A stretch of DNA of 51,228 bases from an uncultured Planctomycetaceae bacterium (GTDB lineage Bacteria > Planctomycetota > Planctomycetia > Pirellulales > JAEUIK01). The notes below the pieces were generated by a model. That model was not told the DNA's origin, did no database searches, and saw nothing but the letters and a program-made list of their open reading frames with translations. Positions within the stretch are counted from its first letter, which is position 1, and each line of letters starts with the position of its first letter. This document shows, one piece after another, positions 36,054 to 49,023 of this stretch. The position numbers and the translations under genes are program-made. Location of the stretch: assembly GCA_964495375.1 (NCBI GenBank), contig CAZBWM010000002.1, positions 137,780-189,007 on the forward strand, written 5' to 3'.

Positions 36054-37976
36054 GTGACTCGTCGCTCGCTGATTCTGGGAACGGCCGGGCATATCGATCA
36101 CGGCAAGACGACGCTCCTGCGCGCGCTGACCGGGATCGATACCGATCGGCTGCCGGAGGAGAAACGGCGAGGAATTACGATCGACATCGGGTTTGCTAAC
36201 CTCGACATTGGTCCCTGGCACTTGGGAATCGTCGACGTGCCTGGCCACGAGCGGTTTATCAAGAACATGCTGGCCGGTGCGGCCGGCATCGATATCGCTT
36301 TGCTGATCGTGGCCGCTGATGATTCGGTGATGCCGCAGACGCGCGAACACCTGGCGATTCTCCGGCTGCTCGACATCCAACACGGCGTCGTCGTGATTAC
36401 GAAATGCGACCGTGTCGAACCGGCGTGGCTCGACATGGTTGAGGATGATATTCACCGCCTCACGGTCGGCACGTTCCTCGAGAAAGCGCCGATCGTGCGA
36501 ACTGCGGTCCCCGGCGTCGGTCCAAGTCTGGGGCTCGCTAGCTTGCGGGATGCGATCCAAACGGTTTGTCAGCAAGTCGTCGACAAGTCGGCAGCGGAGG
36601 TTTTTCGCATGCCAGTCGACCGAGCCTTCAGCCTGCAAGGTCTGGGCACGGTCGTAACTGGTACGGTTTGGTGTGGTCAACTGAACGTTCGCGACGAAGT
36701 CGAGTGGCTCCCACTGGCAAAGCGACTCAACGTTCGTGGACTGCAGAATCATGGTTGTGACGCGCAAACTGTCGTACGTGGGCAGCGGGCGGCCATCAAT
36801 CTCAGCGGCGTCCACCCTAGTGAGCTTGTTCGTGGACACGAGTTGGCCAGCCCCGGATACCTGGTCCCCTCGAAACTGCTGACGGTCGAACTCCAGGTTC
36901 TGGGCGATAGTCCACGAAGCATCAAGCACCGCTCACGCCAGCGGCTGTATGTCGGCACGCAAGAATTGATCGTGACCGTCGCCTTGTTGGGGCAGCAAGC
37001 GATCGAGCCAGGCCAGAGTGGTCTGGGGCAGTTGCATTGCGCGGAACCAGCCATCGCGGTGGCCGGCCAACCGTTTGTCGTGCGCGCCGAATCACCGCTG
37101 GTCACGATCGGCGGCGGTCATGTCCTGCAGCCGCGCGCCGATCGCATCACTCGTCGACAGTCCGCGCGAATCCAACGGCTCGAAGCACTGCAATCGAAAG
37201 CAGAGGTCGTACGAGCCGCCACGGCGATCTACTTTTATGCGTTCGAGACATGGACTGCACTCGATCTCTGTCGCGATGCGAATCTGGGCATAGATCGCAC
37301 CCCTGCGCTTGTCGAACAGCTTCTACAGGCGGGAGAAGTTGTCGAGCTCTCCATCAAGCCTTCCCAGAGATTGCGCGTCCATCGAGATGTGTTGAACGAC
37401 GGGCAGCAGCAACTACTGAGAATAGTGGAGCAACTTCACGCTCAACACCCCTTGCAGCCGTTGGTGCCGCGTGAACGGGTCGCCGCACTCGACAAGCGAA
37501 TTCAGGGTGCGCCGATAATTGATGCGTTGATCGACCAACTAATTGAGCGTGGATTACTGCGAGGCGATCAGCGTGCCGTGGCCTTGGCCGATTTTGCGCC
37601 GCGGCTTTCAGCCGCTCAAAAGCGACTCCGCGAGCAGGTCTTAGCCGCATTGCAGCAGGACGGCCTACGGCCACCCACCCCGGCAGAGTTGAGCCAGTCG
37701 ATGTCGGCGGACGATGGTAACGTTCGCCAAATCCTCGATCTCTGCACAGCCCAAGGGCTCCTGGTGTACCTGAGCGACGAGCTTTACTTGCACTACGAGG
37801 CCGAAGCTGCGATGCGGCTGCAATTGCAGCAAACCTTGCGCGATGGCGGAGGGCTCACCGTGAGCCAGGTTCGAGACTTGCTGGGAACGAGCCGGAAGAT
37901 CGCCGTGCAAATCTGCGAGCACCTCGACCGGATCGGGTTTACCCGGCGCGTCGGCGACCTGCGCGTCTTGCGATAG
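36054..37976 (+). CDS. selB: selenocysteine-specific elongation factor
   Basis: GTG start. [13 protein letters not shown] (G1), DVPGHERF (G3), ITKCD (G4), and a ~330-aa C-terminal winged-helix extension typical of bacterial SelB. 640 aa. Confidence 0.9.
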   Translation: MTRRSLILGTAGHIDHGKTTLLRALTGIDTDRLPEEKRRGITIDIGFANLDIGPWHLGIVDVPGHERFIKNMLAGAAGIDIALLIVAADDSVMPQTREHLAILRLLDIQHGVVVITKCDRVEPAWLDMVEDDIHRLTVGTFLEKAPIVRTAVPGVGPSLGLASLRDAIQTVCQQVVDKSAAEVFRMPVDRAFSLQGLGTVVTGTVWCGQLNVRDEVEWLPLAKRLNVRGLQNHGCDAQTVVRGQRAAINLSGVHPSELVRGHELASPGYLVPSKLLTVELQVLGDSPRSIKHRSRQRLYVGTQELIVTVALLGQQAIEPGQSGLGQLHCAEPAIAVAGQPFVVRAESPLVTIGGGHVLQPRADRITRRQSARIQRLEALQSKAEVVRAATAIYFYAFETWTALDLCRDANLGIDRTPALVEQLLQAGEVVELSIKPSQRLRVHRDVLNDGQQQLLRIVEQLHAQHPLQPLVPRERVAALDKRIQGAPIIDALIDQLIERGLLRGDQRAVALADFAPRLSAAQKRLREQVLAALQQDGLRPPTPAELSQSMSADDGNVRQILDLCTAQGLLVYLSDELYLHYEAEAAMRLQLQQTLRDGGGLTVSQVRDLLGTSRKIAVQICEHLDRIGFTRRVGDLRVLR

Positions 37977-38049
37977 CAGGCCAGCCGCGCCGAGTCGCCT
38001 GCTATAATTGGACAGATGCGAAAGCGGCTCTGGAAGGTTGGGACCGGAC

Positions 38050-39474
<1,425 letters not shown>

Positions 39475-39552
39475 TTCTAGGTTCCTTGCCATTGCCTAAA
39501 ATAAGACTGGCAAAGTTGAGTGGTGTGATTGGGTCCACTGGTTGAACTATAA

Positions 39553-39649
39553 GGGAGTGTCAGTACGCCTGGTGGCGGCCGCGGGCTTCAAACCCGTTGT
39601 GGGGTCTGTCAAACAAACCCTAGGTGGGTTCGATTCCCATCCACTCCCG
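39553..39649 (+). tRNA. selC: tRNA-Sec (selC, anticodon UCA)
   Basis: Lies 78 nt after selA. 8-bp acceptor GGGAGTGT/CCACTCCC with one terminal mismatch. Anticodon stem GCGGG/CCCGT with loop CTTCAAA (UCA). Long variable arm GGGGT...ACCCT. T-arm GTGGG-TTCGATT-CCCAT. ~97 nt. Confidence 0.7.
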
Positions 39650-40088
39650 CTTTTGTCGGTACTGCAGCCCCCTTGTGAATTCTACGTCGCGAATTCTGGG
39701 CTTGGCGTGCTAGGAAATTTCTGAATCATCGCCTATGTGATTGGGAAGGCCGCGCCGAGTGATCTCAAGCTAGATCAAAGCAAATCGGAGGTCCTGTCCC
39801 TGCCCTGTGCAGAATCAGAATCCGGCGGAATACTAGCGGCACAGTGGAGTTCGAACCTAACACGCGAAGTTGCAATAAACGAGTTCGAGCTGACCCACAG
39901 CGGTGCCGAACGAATCGCAACTTGTTAAGCGGCTTGTCTGAAAGTTCACGGCTGCGGAGAGACGACCCTCCCGTTAACAGCCGGCGTAAGTGGCGGCCGG
40001 CATTTGACGGGTTGCCTTGGCGCTTACTCGGGATCCGTCCGTGGTGCACGGGTTGAACTGGTGACCCTAATCCACACTGCCCGCTGCC

Positions 40089-43000
40089 CTACTCTTTGAC
40101 AGCTCGTCGGCCATCCAAGAAATCAATCGCATGATCGATCTGGGTCGCAATGCGGCTGCCATCAGGGCTGATCGCCATGGCCCTGACCGGGTGAGCTCCG
40201 CGAAGATCCAACAACTCAGCGCCATCCGCGACGCGGTACAGGCGCAGCCCGAGCTCGGTTTGCACAAGCAGAGTTTCCCCTCGATCGAGGAAAACGACTT
40301 TCCAGACGGATGCCGTTTCGGGGATTTCACCGAGTAGCTTCCAAGGACTTCGATCCCACACACGAAGGAAGTGGTCGCCGAGGGTGACCAGACGGTGACC
40401 ATCGGTCGAAGCGGCGACGTGCTCAATCGAGGCGCGATGCGCCGCGTGCTCAAAAACTATTTCGCCGCGCGCCGCATCCCAAATTCTCAGCCTGCGATCG
40501 AGCGAAGCGCTCGCCAGCAGATTAGTTCCGGGAATCGCGGTCACCGCGTTCACAGTTTGTGGATGAATCAGGGAGTGCAGCAACTGGCCGCTTAGCAAGT
40601 CAATCAGCAGCAATTGCTGCTCCGTGGCCAGCGCAGCCCAACCCCCGGCCGAATTCAGCGCAACGCCTTTGACCGGAGCGTCCGTACCCAGACTCCAGAT
40701 TTCGGCCTTCGACTCAAGCTGTATTCCGCGCAATGCCTGCCGATCCGAATTGAGGACGATTGCCAGGTTCTGCTTGTGAGCGAGTTGGGCCCAGGTCGGC
40801 GCCTCGATGCGGAGGGTATCCAGCCAGGCTCCCTCCTTGGCATCCACCAGATAAACAGCATCGTCACGCGGCATGCAGGAGACGATCCGATCGTCGTCGC
40901 TCCAGTTGAGCGAATGGGGCTGACGACCACCGCTCATCAACTTTGGCTCGACGTACCTCAGCCCTGGATAGAGCCGAGCGGTACCGTCGCGGGAGCCGGT
41001 GAGAAACACGTTCCGGCCAGGAACATAGGCCACGCTGTTAATTCGATCGCGGTGCCCATAACGAACGCGAAAGGCGGAGGACGCGTTGCGACTCGCGCGG
41101 GCAATCATGAGCGCACCCGATGCGTCGCCGACGGCCAGCGTATCCTCCGCATCGCTAGTCACGCAGCGCGGCTGCACCAGAAAGTCGTGTGGTCCAGCAC
41201 CCCTGCCAAAGTCCTCGCCTGCGGTTAAGTCCCAACTGAGGACTGCGCCGTTACGGCATGTCCCGACTAAGATCCGCTGGGACGACTCGACCGAAAGCGC
41301 GAAGACGTGGTCTTCCGTCGGATTGCGCAGCTTGCCGTCGGGTAGGCGTGGATCTGGCCCTGCCCTGGCCACGTCCCAGCCCCGCACATCGCCGTCTTCG
41401 CTCGCTGTAAAGAGTTCGCCGCGGCGTGAAAAGGCGATTGTGCGTACAACATCCTCATGACCAGCCAAGACCGCAGCCGACTCGCCGGTCGCGCTATGCC
41501 ATACGCGTACGATCCGATCGCCCCCCGCGGCAGCGATCCACTTGCCATCCGGTGAGAACTTCACGTCAGCCTGCCATTCTGTGGACCCCGTTAAGCTGTC
41601 GATCGGTTGCAGCTCAGGCAGCCGCCAACGATGAACCGGGCCATCCTCGCCAACCGCAGCCAGGGTGCTTCCGTCAGGCGAAAAGGCGATGGCGCTGACT
41701 TTTCCCACCTGCGCCTTCAGTTCGCCGATTTTCAGTCGCGTGTCGGTGTCCCAAAGCTGAATCGCGCCATCGGCCCCGGCGGTTGCCAGGATCCCGCCGT
41801 CGGAACTTACCGCGACCGAGGTCACGCTGCCGTCGTGCTGGCCAAGCTGCTCGGATTCTTGCGTCAGATTATGCAGATACCACCAGGCGAAATCGCGTTG
41901 GTCCTGTTCGCCAGGTTTCGGCGTATGACGCGCCAGGATTTTCAAGGTGCGGTCCCCCGCCGAACCGCGCCACGCTTCCAGAGCCAGGTGCATGTCCGCG
42001 GCATAACCATTTCGACGGGCCTGCGCCTCGGCAGTCCGGGCCGCGTCGCGCTCGCGCGCGGTCTCTTGAAGCAACGAGGAGACGCGCCGATTGTGCTCGA
42101 ACAGCCCGACAAACAGCACCACGATGCCGGCACACACAACGGTGGCCAGGGCCGCCAATGCGGGCCGACGCCGACACCATTTCCAAACGGTCGTGGGCAG
42201 AGACGTCGGTCGCGCGACGATCGGCTCGTCGCGCAGGTAACGGTCCAGGTCGTTTGCCAACTCGAGCGCCGCCTGGTATCGCCGGCTCGGCAGCTTTTCA
42301 AGGCATCGCAAGCAGATCGTCTCAAGGTCCAAGGGAATGGATCTTCGTTGCTTCTTGGGTCTCAACGGCTCGGCATCGTTGATCTGCCGGAGGACTTCGA
42401 TATCGCTCGCGGCCCCGAAGGGAGCCCGGCCCGTCAACAGCTCGTAAAGAACCACGCCCAGTGAGTAGATATCTGCTCTTGGACCGATCTCAGCAGTGCG
42501 ACCACCGGCCTGCTCCGGCGACATATAGCGCACCGTGCCAAACAGCGCACCGGAACGGGTCATGTCTTGATCGGCAGCGATAATCTTTGCCAGTCCGAAG
42601 TCCATCAGTTTGGGGACGCAATCCTCCAGTCGAACTGAAACAGCGTCGGCCCTGGCAGTCATTAGCAAGATATTGCTCGGCTTAATATCGCGGTGCAAAA
42701 CCCCTCGGTCGTGCGCATGAGCAACCGCGGTCGCCAAATCCCGAATCAACCGGGCCGCCGCACGCGGCGGGGCAGCTTCCGAACGGGCCGCCAGCCAAAC
42801 CGCCAAAGTCGGTCAGGCACAGTATACCGAGGCAATGTACGGCAGCATCCCGTCGGCGCCGGCTTCGAGCACGGAAACGATATTCGGATGGTCGAGCTTG
42901 GCCGCGGCATGCGCTTCGCGATCGAAGCGCTGCAGCAATTCAGTCGAGCCGAGCGCTTCCAGTCGGGGGATCTTCAGCGCCACTTCGCGCTGCGTGCTCG

Positions 43001-43439
43001 AATCCCAAGCACGATAGACGATGCCGAATCCACCCGAGCCGAGTCGGTCCCGCAGCTCGAAGCGGCCGATCCGCTCACGCGCACTGAGTGGGGCGAGCAA
43101 GGCTGTGTCTGAGCCAGCATGGGATTCGGGTGCTTGCCCACTCGGGGCGAGATGAGTGTCATCAGATCGCGGATCCTCGGCCGGCGCCAGCAGCCCCGCC
43201 TGAGCCACGCGATTGATCAGCGCCAGGCAGGCTTGTGCTTCGCAAAGCGTCGCCAAGGTATCCTGGGGCAAGTCGGCCAGCGGTCGCTCGTCGATCGTCA
43301 GCTCGCTGCCATTGCTGACCGCTTCATCGCACTTCGCCAGGCATTCGCGAAATAACGCGTCCTCGCACAGTCGCGCATCGGCATCGTCGTGCTCCAGGTG
43401 CCGCTCAGCATTCGAACCGCCATCGAGCATGGCCATCAC
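40089..43439 (-). CDS. ECF-associated Ser/Thr protein kinase with C-terminal WD40 beta-propeller; single in-frame TGA at 42815..42813
   Basis: GTG start overlaps the sigma-factor stop (GTGA). Cys-rich N-terminal extension, then the kinase N-lobe GSGGFGIVYRA...VALK. The reading frame ...LPYIASVYCA-TGA-PTLAVWL... continues in the same frame to HRDIKPSNILL, DFGLA, and more than 8 WD40 repeats. Confidence 0.75.
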
Positions 43440-44089
43440 TTGCCACCTTGCGCGAGTTGCCTTCGCAACTGCAGCACGGCTCTCGCCCAGAGTTTTTGCG
43501 CGGCATCGGCGCCGCGTCCCATCCGCTCTCCGATTTCCACGAACGTCAACCGCTCCCAGTTGCGCAACAGAATGACCTGGCGATGATCCGGTGACAGCCG
43601 TTGGATCAGCCTGTTCAATTTCTCAGCCTCTTCGTTGGCGATGGCCACCGCGCTGGGAGTCGCATCGTCGCCTGCAACCGCCAACTCGAAGGCCTGGGTT
43701 GGATCACCACAGCCGAGGGAAATCTCGCGGGCCGTGGCCCGTTTTTGGGTCCCTTGGTAGCGGCGCCGCTCGTGAGCAAGCTTGTTTTCCAGAATTTTTC
43801 CCGTCCAAGCCAACAGCTCCTGTTGCGACAAGCCTCGGAACCGATCGAACCGCAGCCGGGCCTGGAGCATTGTCTCTTGCACGAGATCCGATCCGCCCAC
43901 CTTTCCCTGTACCGCCGGCGAAATGCTCCGATTGGCCGCCTGCAACAGATAGTGGCGGCAGCTTTCCAGAATCTCGGCAATCGCACTGTCAGAACCGGAC
44001 CGCGCCGCCTCGATTCGCGCTTGAAAACGGGACTGCGTTCGGCTCTGGCTAGCCAGTCCAGGCGGCCGCGCACTCGAGTCGCCCATCAT
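43436..44089 (-). CDS. ECF (sigma-70 family) RNA polymerase sigma factor
   Basis: Region 2 (LVQETMLQARLRFDRFRG) and region 4 (LSPDHRQVILLRNWERLTFVEIGERMG). Confidence 0.85.
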   Translation of the reverse strand: MMGDSSARPPGLASQSRTQSRFQARIEAARSGSDSAIAEILESCRHYLLQAANRSISPAVQGKVGGSDLVQETMLQARLRFDRFRGLSQQELLAWTGKILENKLAHERRRYQGTQKRATAREISLGCGDPTQAFELAVAGDDATPSAVAIANEEAEKLNRLIQRLSPDHRQVILLRNWERLTFVEIGERMGRGADAAQKLWARAVLQLRRQLAQGGK

Positions 44090-44650
44090 TACTTAGATTC
44101 CCAAACGGGAGCGAAAGGGACGCGAAATCGTCGCCAGTATGGGCGAGCCCCCTGCCCGACGACAAGAAATTTTCCGCTGCATTTCATTTTTGGATTTTTT
44201 CTCAAAAGTCCGCGTCGGTTTCTCCGGCAATCGGGAATTGAGTGGTGGTGGGAGACCGTTGACCGTTCCGGGGTCGCTGCTCGGGTGTCACCCGCCCTGG
44301 CTGACCGAGGTGCAATCGCCCTGATCGGCGCCTCGGCCGGCCCCCGGCAAGCGACGCGGGAATGTCACGACATTCGTCGCGAGTTTTCGGCTTTTCGCGT
44401 CGTGTTCCCGCTGGGATGGGGATTGAGTGGTTAGCGAAGCGCGCGGTGCGCCCGCATCGGCAAGACGCTATCAACCCGCAACTATTGACCCCTGCCTCGA
44501 GGGGCGAACGCCGCTAGCAGTGAAAACATCGCAAAACAAGCATGATTTCAATGCTGTCGCCGTTCGGCCATTTGGCAATCGTCAATAGGTTGCCCTGGGG
44601 CGCCATTTCTAAGCCTGCACATAACTCTACTTGAACGAGAGGAGACGCCA

Positions 44651-45780
44651 ATGACATACAAGCCAACCAGGCAGATCTTGCGGCACGTTTTTGAGCAACT
44701 GCCGGGGCTTGGGGCTCGATCGCGCGTCATTCAGAGCTGGTTGCTGGCCCTCTGGGTTCTTTTGGTCGTCAGTTTTTTTCGGCCGCATGCCACTTACGCG
44801 GCGATCATCGTGACCCCACTGCCGGGCGGTCAGGCCCACGCTGTGGCGGACGGCATCTTCGGACCCGTCGACGAGCAACGGACCCTTAGCGCAGGACTGA
44901 GCGGTAGTGTCTCGGCATCTACAACTGGCGCGAGTGCCAATGCATTCTGGTCAATCACAAGCCAAGGCGCAACGTTCGGCACAAAAGCCACAGGCACCTT
45001 GGGGGTCGCGACTTCTAGGGCATATACGGAGATTCGCTACTCTCTGGCATCAACTACCAATGGGCCGATCCGTTTTCGTCCTACCGGCTTTGGTTGCATC
45101 AATACGTATGTCGACGCATATGGCGGCCCTTACGAACAATCCGGGTCCGCTGTTTGGACTTACGGGGATTATTTTCCTGGAGAGCCCGAGAACCCCAAGG
45201 GGTACGACGGTCCAGGAATTTATGTTCCTGAGGGAGATGATGAGCCGGACGTCAAGCGAGGAGCGATAACAGCAAACGATACAACAGGGGACTACCTCAC
45301 TTCTCTGCCCGTCGAAGATAGCTATGGCGTGACAGCGCCGGTCTATTTTGGCAACCAGCCAGCGGCGCTCGCCCTGGCAGCTAGCGATAATCCGAGTCCG
45401 AATGTGGTCGGCTATTACTTTAGCTCGTGGGCGATGCTTCTATCAGTTCCTTCGTCACTCCTGACGGCATCCCCGGCGAGGGGAGCGAGATATCGATTAG
45501 TTTCGGGGACATGTCGGTCCCCTATTTACCAGGCACGACTAACTCGTTCAGTACGCCAGTGACGACGTTCTGGCTCTTGGGGCTTGACCCGATGGTGATG
45601 CCCAGCCACGGCCCGGCGCCTTTCGTGCACGGCCTGACGTTTACCGAAGCGGGGCCGGCACTGGTTGGTCACGGGGCACTGGTCGCCGTGCCTGAGCCCA
45701 GCACAGCAGCGATGGCTGCGGTGGGCCTCGGCGTACTGTGCCTGGCCCGTGTGAAAAACCGTCGCTATACGGCCGGTTGA
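44651..45780 (+). pseudogene. PEP-CTERM protein disrupted by a -1 frameshift near 45424-45440
   Basis: Frame 1 (44651..45562) supplies the signal peptide and body and then degenerates into non-protein-like sequence. Frame 2 (from 45427) continues with protein-like sequence ending in the PEP-CTERM motif VAVPEPSTAAMAAVGLGVLCLARVKNRRY. Confidence 0.55.
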
Positions 45781-45795
45781 ACAATCCTCTCTTAC

Positions 45796-46620
45796 ATGCA
45801 TTCGCTTCGGAGAAACGCTCGTGACTCGGAAACTCCTCGCCCTCCGCCCGATCGCGTCGTGGAATACGAAATCGCCGGAGTCATCTCACTGCCGGGCTGG
45901 CACCTGATCACCAAAGGAGGCTTGCGTACTCGCCATGTCCGATCGGCGGCGCTGGTAATCGCACCGCTGGCCGACGTGCGCCGCGATTTCGGCATCGACC
46001 GTATCCGTTTCCTTTCGCTCAATCTTGACGACGACGCAAGCAAGGAGCAGTTCCAGTCTTCGCTCCAGGCGATCGTGACCGCTGGCCAGGCGAACGACGC
46101 CGGGCCAGAGCGGTCGCAACGCGGTGGTCGCGGAGCGAAAGCTCGACTGCAATCGACGCGCGAACTACGGCAAGTCATTCGTGTGCGATCCGACAGCATC
46201 ATTTGGGGTCTCAGCAAATTGCCGCTCGTCAGGTTGCTGGTCGCCACCTTGGGAGTGGTGGGCACCGTCGTTTCCTCCGTCCGCGTGCGACGCTGGGATT
46301 TCGGCGTGCTCAGGGCGCTCGGCGTCACCCGCTTGGCGCTAATGCGATTGATCGTAGCCGAGGCGCTACTCGTCGGACTGGCGGCTTGCCTGTTGAGCTT
46401 CGGCCTTGGCGCGATGGCGGGTTACTGCGGGAGCGAAGTGACTAGCTACGTTGACGAGCACGGCGGATCGATCACGCCGTTTGTGGTCCCTTGGAGCAAA
46501 TTGGCCATCGGCTTTGGCACTGCGCTGTCCATTTGCCTGGTGGCCGCCCTCGGGCCAGCAATCCACGCGGGGCGTAGTGAGCCACTCGATTTGCTGAGGG
46601 CCGGTCGCGCGAGTGCTTGA
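45796..46620 (+). pseudogene. FtsX/MacB-like ABC permease, C-terminal fragment only
   Basis: Contains the distal periplasmic domain plus three C-terminal TM helices (RVRRWDFGVLRALGVTRLALMRLIVAEALLVGLAACLLSFGLG...). The N-terminal TM1 and ~200 aa are absent, and no upstream continuation exists in any frame. Confidence 0.45.
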
Positions 46621-46696
46621 AACTCATCCGAATGGAATGCTCCGCGCTCCTAGCGTCTACAACCGACCCACTCGATAGCAAAAGGGTCGATGTTCG
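46612..46696. repeat. dispersed ~85-bp repeat, copy B
   Basis: AGTGCTTGA...(40 nt)...AACCGACCCACTCGATAGCAAAAGGGTCGATGTTCG. It begins at the stop codon of the permease fragment. Confidence 0.6.
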
Positions 46697-46826
46697 GAGC
46701 CATGCCGCGACAGGGGATTGACGGGACATCGCCACGCCAGGCAGTTACGAAGGCAGCGGGCTTCCAGTAGTATTTGACCAGTTCCGTTCCTGGTACCCTG
46801 GCGTTTTCTGTTCTGGAGAAAATCAC

Positions 46827-47051
46827 GTGTCGAAGCATCAGCACGATCATCACCGCGGGGACCAGCGTCAACAGGCAACGGCGCAGCGCCGCGGATTGCA
46901 CAAGGACTGGCGGGTGTGGGTCGGTGTTGTCCTGATGCTGGCCGCGATGTGCGCGTACGTGTTCACGATGGACGAATCGATTCAACCGGCTGGCCAGCCC
47001 GGCGGTGAACCCGACAGTGTGCCATCAGATACAATGCCGGCGGCACCATGA
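46827..47051 (+). CDS. small hypothetical membrane protein (His-rich N-terminus, one TM)
   Basis: MSKHQHDHHRGDQRQQ...WRVWVGVVLMLAAMCAYVF. Supported only by the ORF and its hydrophobic helix. Confidence 0.3.
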   Translation: MSKHQHDHHRGDQRQQATAQRRGLHKDWRVWVGVVLMLAAMCAYVFTMDESIQPAGQPGGEPDSVPSDTMPAAP

Positions 47052-47436
47052 TCGACGACACGGCAACCGTTTGTGATCGCTCATCACGCCATACGCCCGC
47101 CGGACTTTGACCGACCGTTCGGCGCGGCGGCGCCACTTGGTCGAGCTACAGTTCCGCCCTGATTGTGTCGCGGTGCTCCGCGCTCATCATGCCCCGAAGG
47201 TTCTTAGTTGCAGTTGGCGACTGTCCGCTCATCGCTCAACTGGTCGCGCTCTTCGAAACTGGCGCCGAAGCTAGCGGAGCTTGGCCCGCTGGCCGGCGGC
47301 CTTGCTGGGCCCCTCGTTGGCGATCGTGGTGGCTAAGTAGTCACCCAAACGAATTGACAAAAATCATTAGCTTATTCATGTTTTGTATGCTAACCTGCTC
47401 CCTGGGTTTCAACACGGCTTCAGGCAGGACTTTCTC

Positions 47437-48858
47437 ATGAAGGCTCAAGAAAAGCGCTCTCGATGGGCATGCTGTTGCGGCACGACCGTGGGGCTGTTCG
47501 TCGGCACGATGTGCGCGATGCTCTCCGCGGGCGATACCCCGAGCACTGATGTCTTCCTGGGACTAACCCCCGATGCGGCAAAGGGTCTCGACATTTTGCT
47601 GCACGAGCCGATGGCGGCGCAAATCATGAAGGTCGCCGATCTCGAACGGCTATGGCTCGTTTGGGAGCCGGAGGAAAAGGCGGCGGCCGAGAAGGCCGAT
47701 CGCAACGAACGCCGACGCATGATGTTCGAACGTTACGGCTGGGCCGAACGACCCGGCGACAGCGAAGGCTTGATTCCGCTCGATTACAACGACGACGGCA
47801 ACGGGAACCTGGTGACCAATTGCTTCTCATGCCACGGGGGTAAGGTCGCCGGCAAGACCATCCCTGGCGCCGGCAATACGCATCTCGATCTGACCACGTT
47901 GTCGACGGACCTGGCCAGGCTACGCTCGCTAGACAAGGGGCGCGACCCTGCGCAGGTAAAAGATGTGCAAGCTCCGTTCAAGACACCGTTGAGTTTTCAT
48001 CGCGGAGTGACCAATGCGGTTATCTTTGCGCCCGTCTTTGCCGGGCTGCGCAATGCAGAGCTTGGCAAGCAATTCACAGAGCATCCCGAGATGCTGTTGC
48101 ACCATGATATGAATCCGCCGCCGTGGTGGAACTTCAAGAAGAAGACGCGGATCTATGCGGACGCCTTTGCCCCGAAGACGCCGCGCCAACTGATGCCCTT
48201 TGCAATGTCTCCCTTGTTCTCCGACGAGAAGTTCCGCTCGTTCGAGCCCAACTTTGTCCACATCTACCAATACATCGAATCGCTCGAATCGCCCAAGTAT
48301 CCTTTCGAGATCGACACGGCCTTGGCCGAGCGAGGCAAAGTTCTTTTCGAGCAGACTTGCTCCGAGTGCCACGGCACCTATGGTCCGGGGGGGGAATTCC
48401 CCAACACTGTTGTGCCGATCGACGTCATCGGCACCGACGATCGCCGGTTCCAGGCAATTTACAGAGAGCGCCGCGAGGCAGCTAACAAAGGATGGCTGCA
48501 GTACTATGGCGAGCACCCCGTCGACGTCGAATCAACGGGCTACCTCGCGCAACCACTGGATGGCATTTGGGCTTCCGCTCCGTACTTCCACAACGGCTCA
48601 GTCCCCACGCTCTGGGCAGTCATGAATCCCTCCCAGCGTCCAAAGATCTGGAAGCGGAGTGAAAACGGGTACGACCAAAAGAAAGTCGGTCTCGAGATCG
48701 AAACGTTCGAAGCCGTGCCTGAAAACCTGAATTCGCGCCGGCGCCGCATGTACTACGATACAGGCCATGTCGGCAATAGCGCCGCGGGGCACACCTTCCC
48801 CGACGCACTAAACGACGACGAAAAGACGGCCGTTATCGAGTATCTGAAAACGCTGTAA
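47437..48858 (+). CDS. di-heme c-type cytochrome, uncharacterised family
   Basis: Signal/TM start MKAQEKRSRWACCCGTTVGLFVGTMCAMLSA. Two CxxCH heme-binding motifs, CFSCHGG and CSECHGT. Confidence 0.7.
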   Translation: MKAQEKRSRWACCCGTTVGLFVGTMCAMLSAGDTPSTDVFLGLTPDAAKGLDILLHEPMAAQIMKVADLERLWLVWEPEEKAAAEKADRNERRRMMFERYGWAERPGDSEGLIPLDYNDDGNGNLVTNCFSCHGGKVAGKTIPGAGNTHLDLTTLSTDLARLRSLDKGRDPAQVKDVQAPFKTPLSFHRGVTNAVIFAPVFAGLRNAELGKQFTEHPEMLLHHDMNPPPWWNFKKKTRIYADAFAPKTPRQLMPFAMSPLFSDEKFRSFEPNFVHIYQYIESLESPKYPFEIDTALAERGKVLFEQTCSECHGTYGPGGEFPNTVVPIDVIGTDDRRFQAIYRERREAANKGWLQYYGEHPVDVESTGYLAQPLDGIWASAPYFHNGSVPTLWAVMNPSQRPKIWKRSENGYDQKKVGLEIETFEAVPENLNSRRRRMYYDTGHVGNSAAGHTFPDALNDDEKTAVIEYLKTL

Positions 48859-48983
48859 CGACTGATCCGATTTAACGAGCAGTCGCGGAAAATCTCCTGC
48901 GACGTAGCCCGCCTTGAGGATTGGGCGCGGCAGCCGCCAGAGTTCTTCGCCTGAGTTGTCGACGACGTTCCAAAGTTGCGGCG

Positions 48984-49014
48984 CGGGCGTCGCGTCAGCG
49001 TGACGCGTCGCCCG
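48984..49014. terminator. bidirectional terminator-like inverted repeat between convergent genes
   Basis: CGGGCGTCGCGTCA-gcg-TGACGCGTCGCCCG forms a 14-bp stem with one mismatch. It sits between the cytochrome c gene (+) and the SPFH gene (-). Confidence 0.45.
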
Positions 49015-49023
49015 GCCGACGAA

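Noticed and set aside
42813-42815. Idea that TGA is a sense codon (alternative genetic code) explaining both in-frame TGAs
   Set aside because: TGA clearly terminates several well-supported genes here (nagA-like at 4969, the giant protein at 30293, the PEP-CTERM gene at 31262, the ECF sigma factor at 43436). The standard code applies. Only Sec recoding, read-through or mutation remain.
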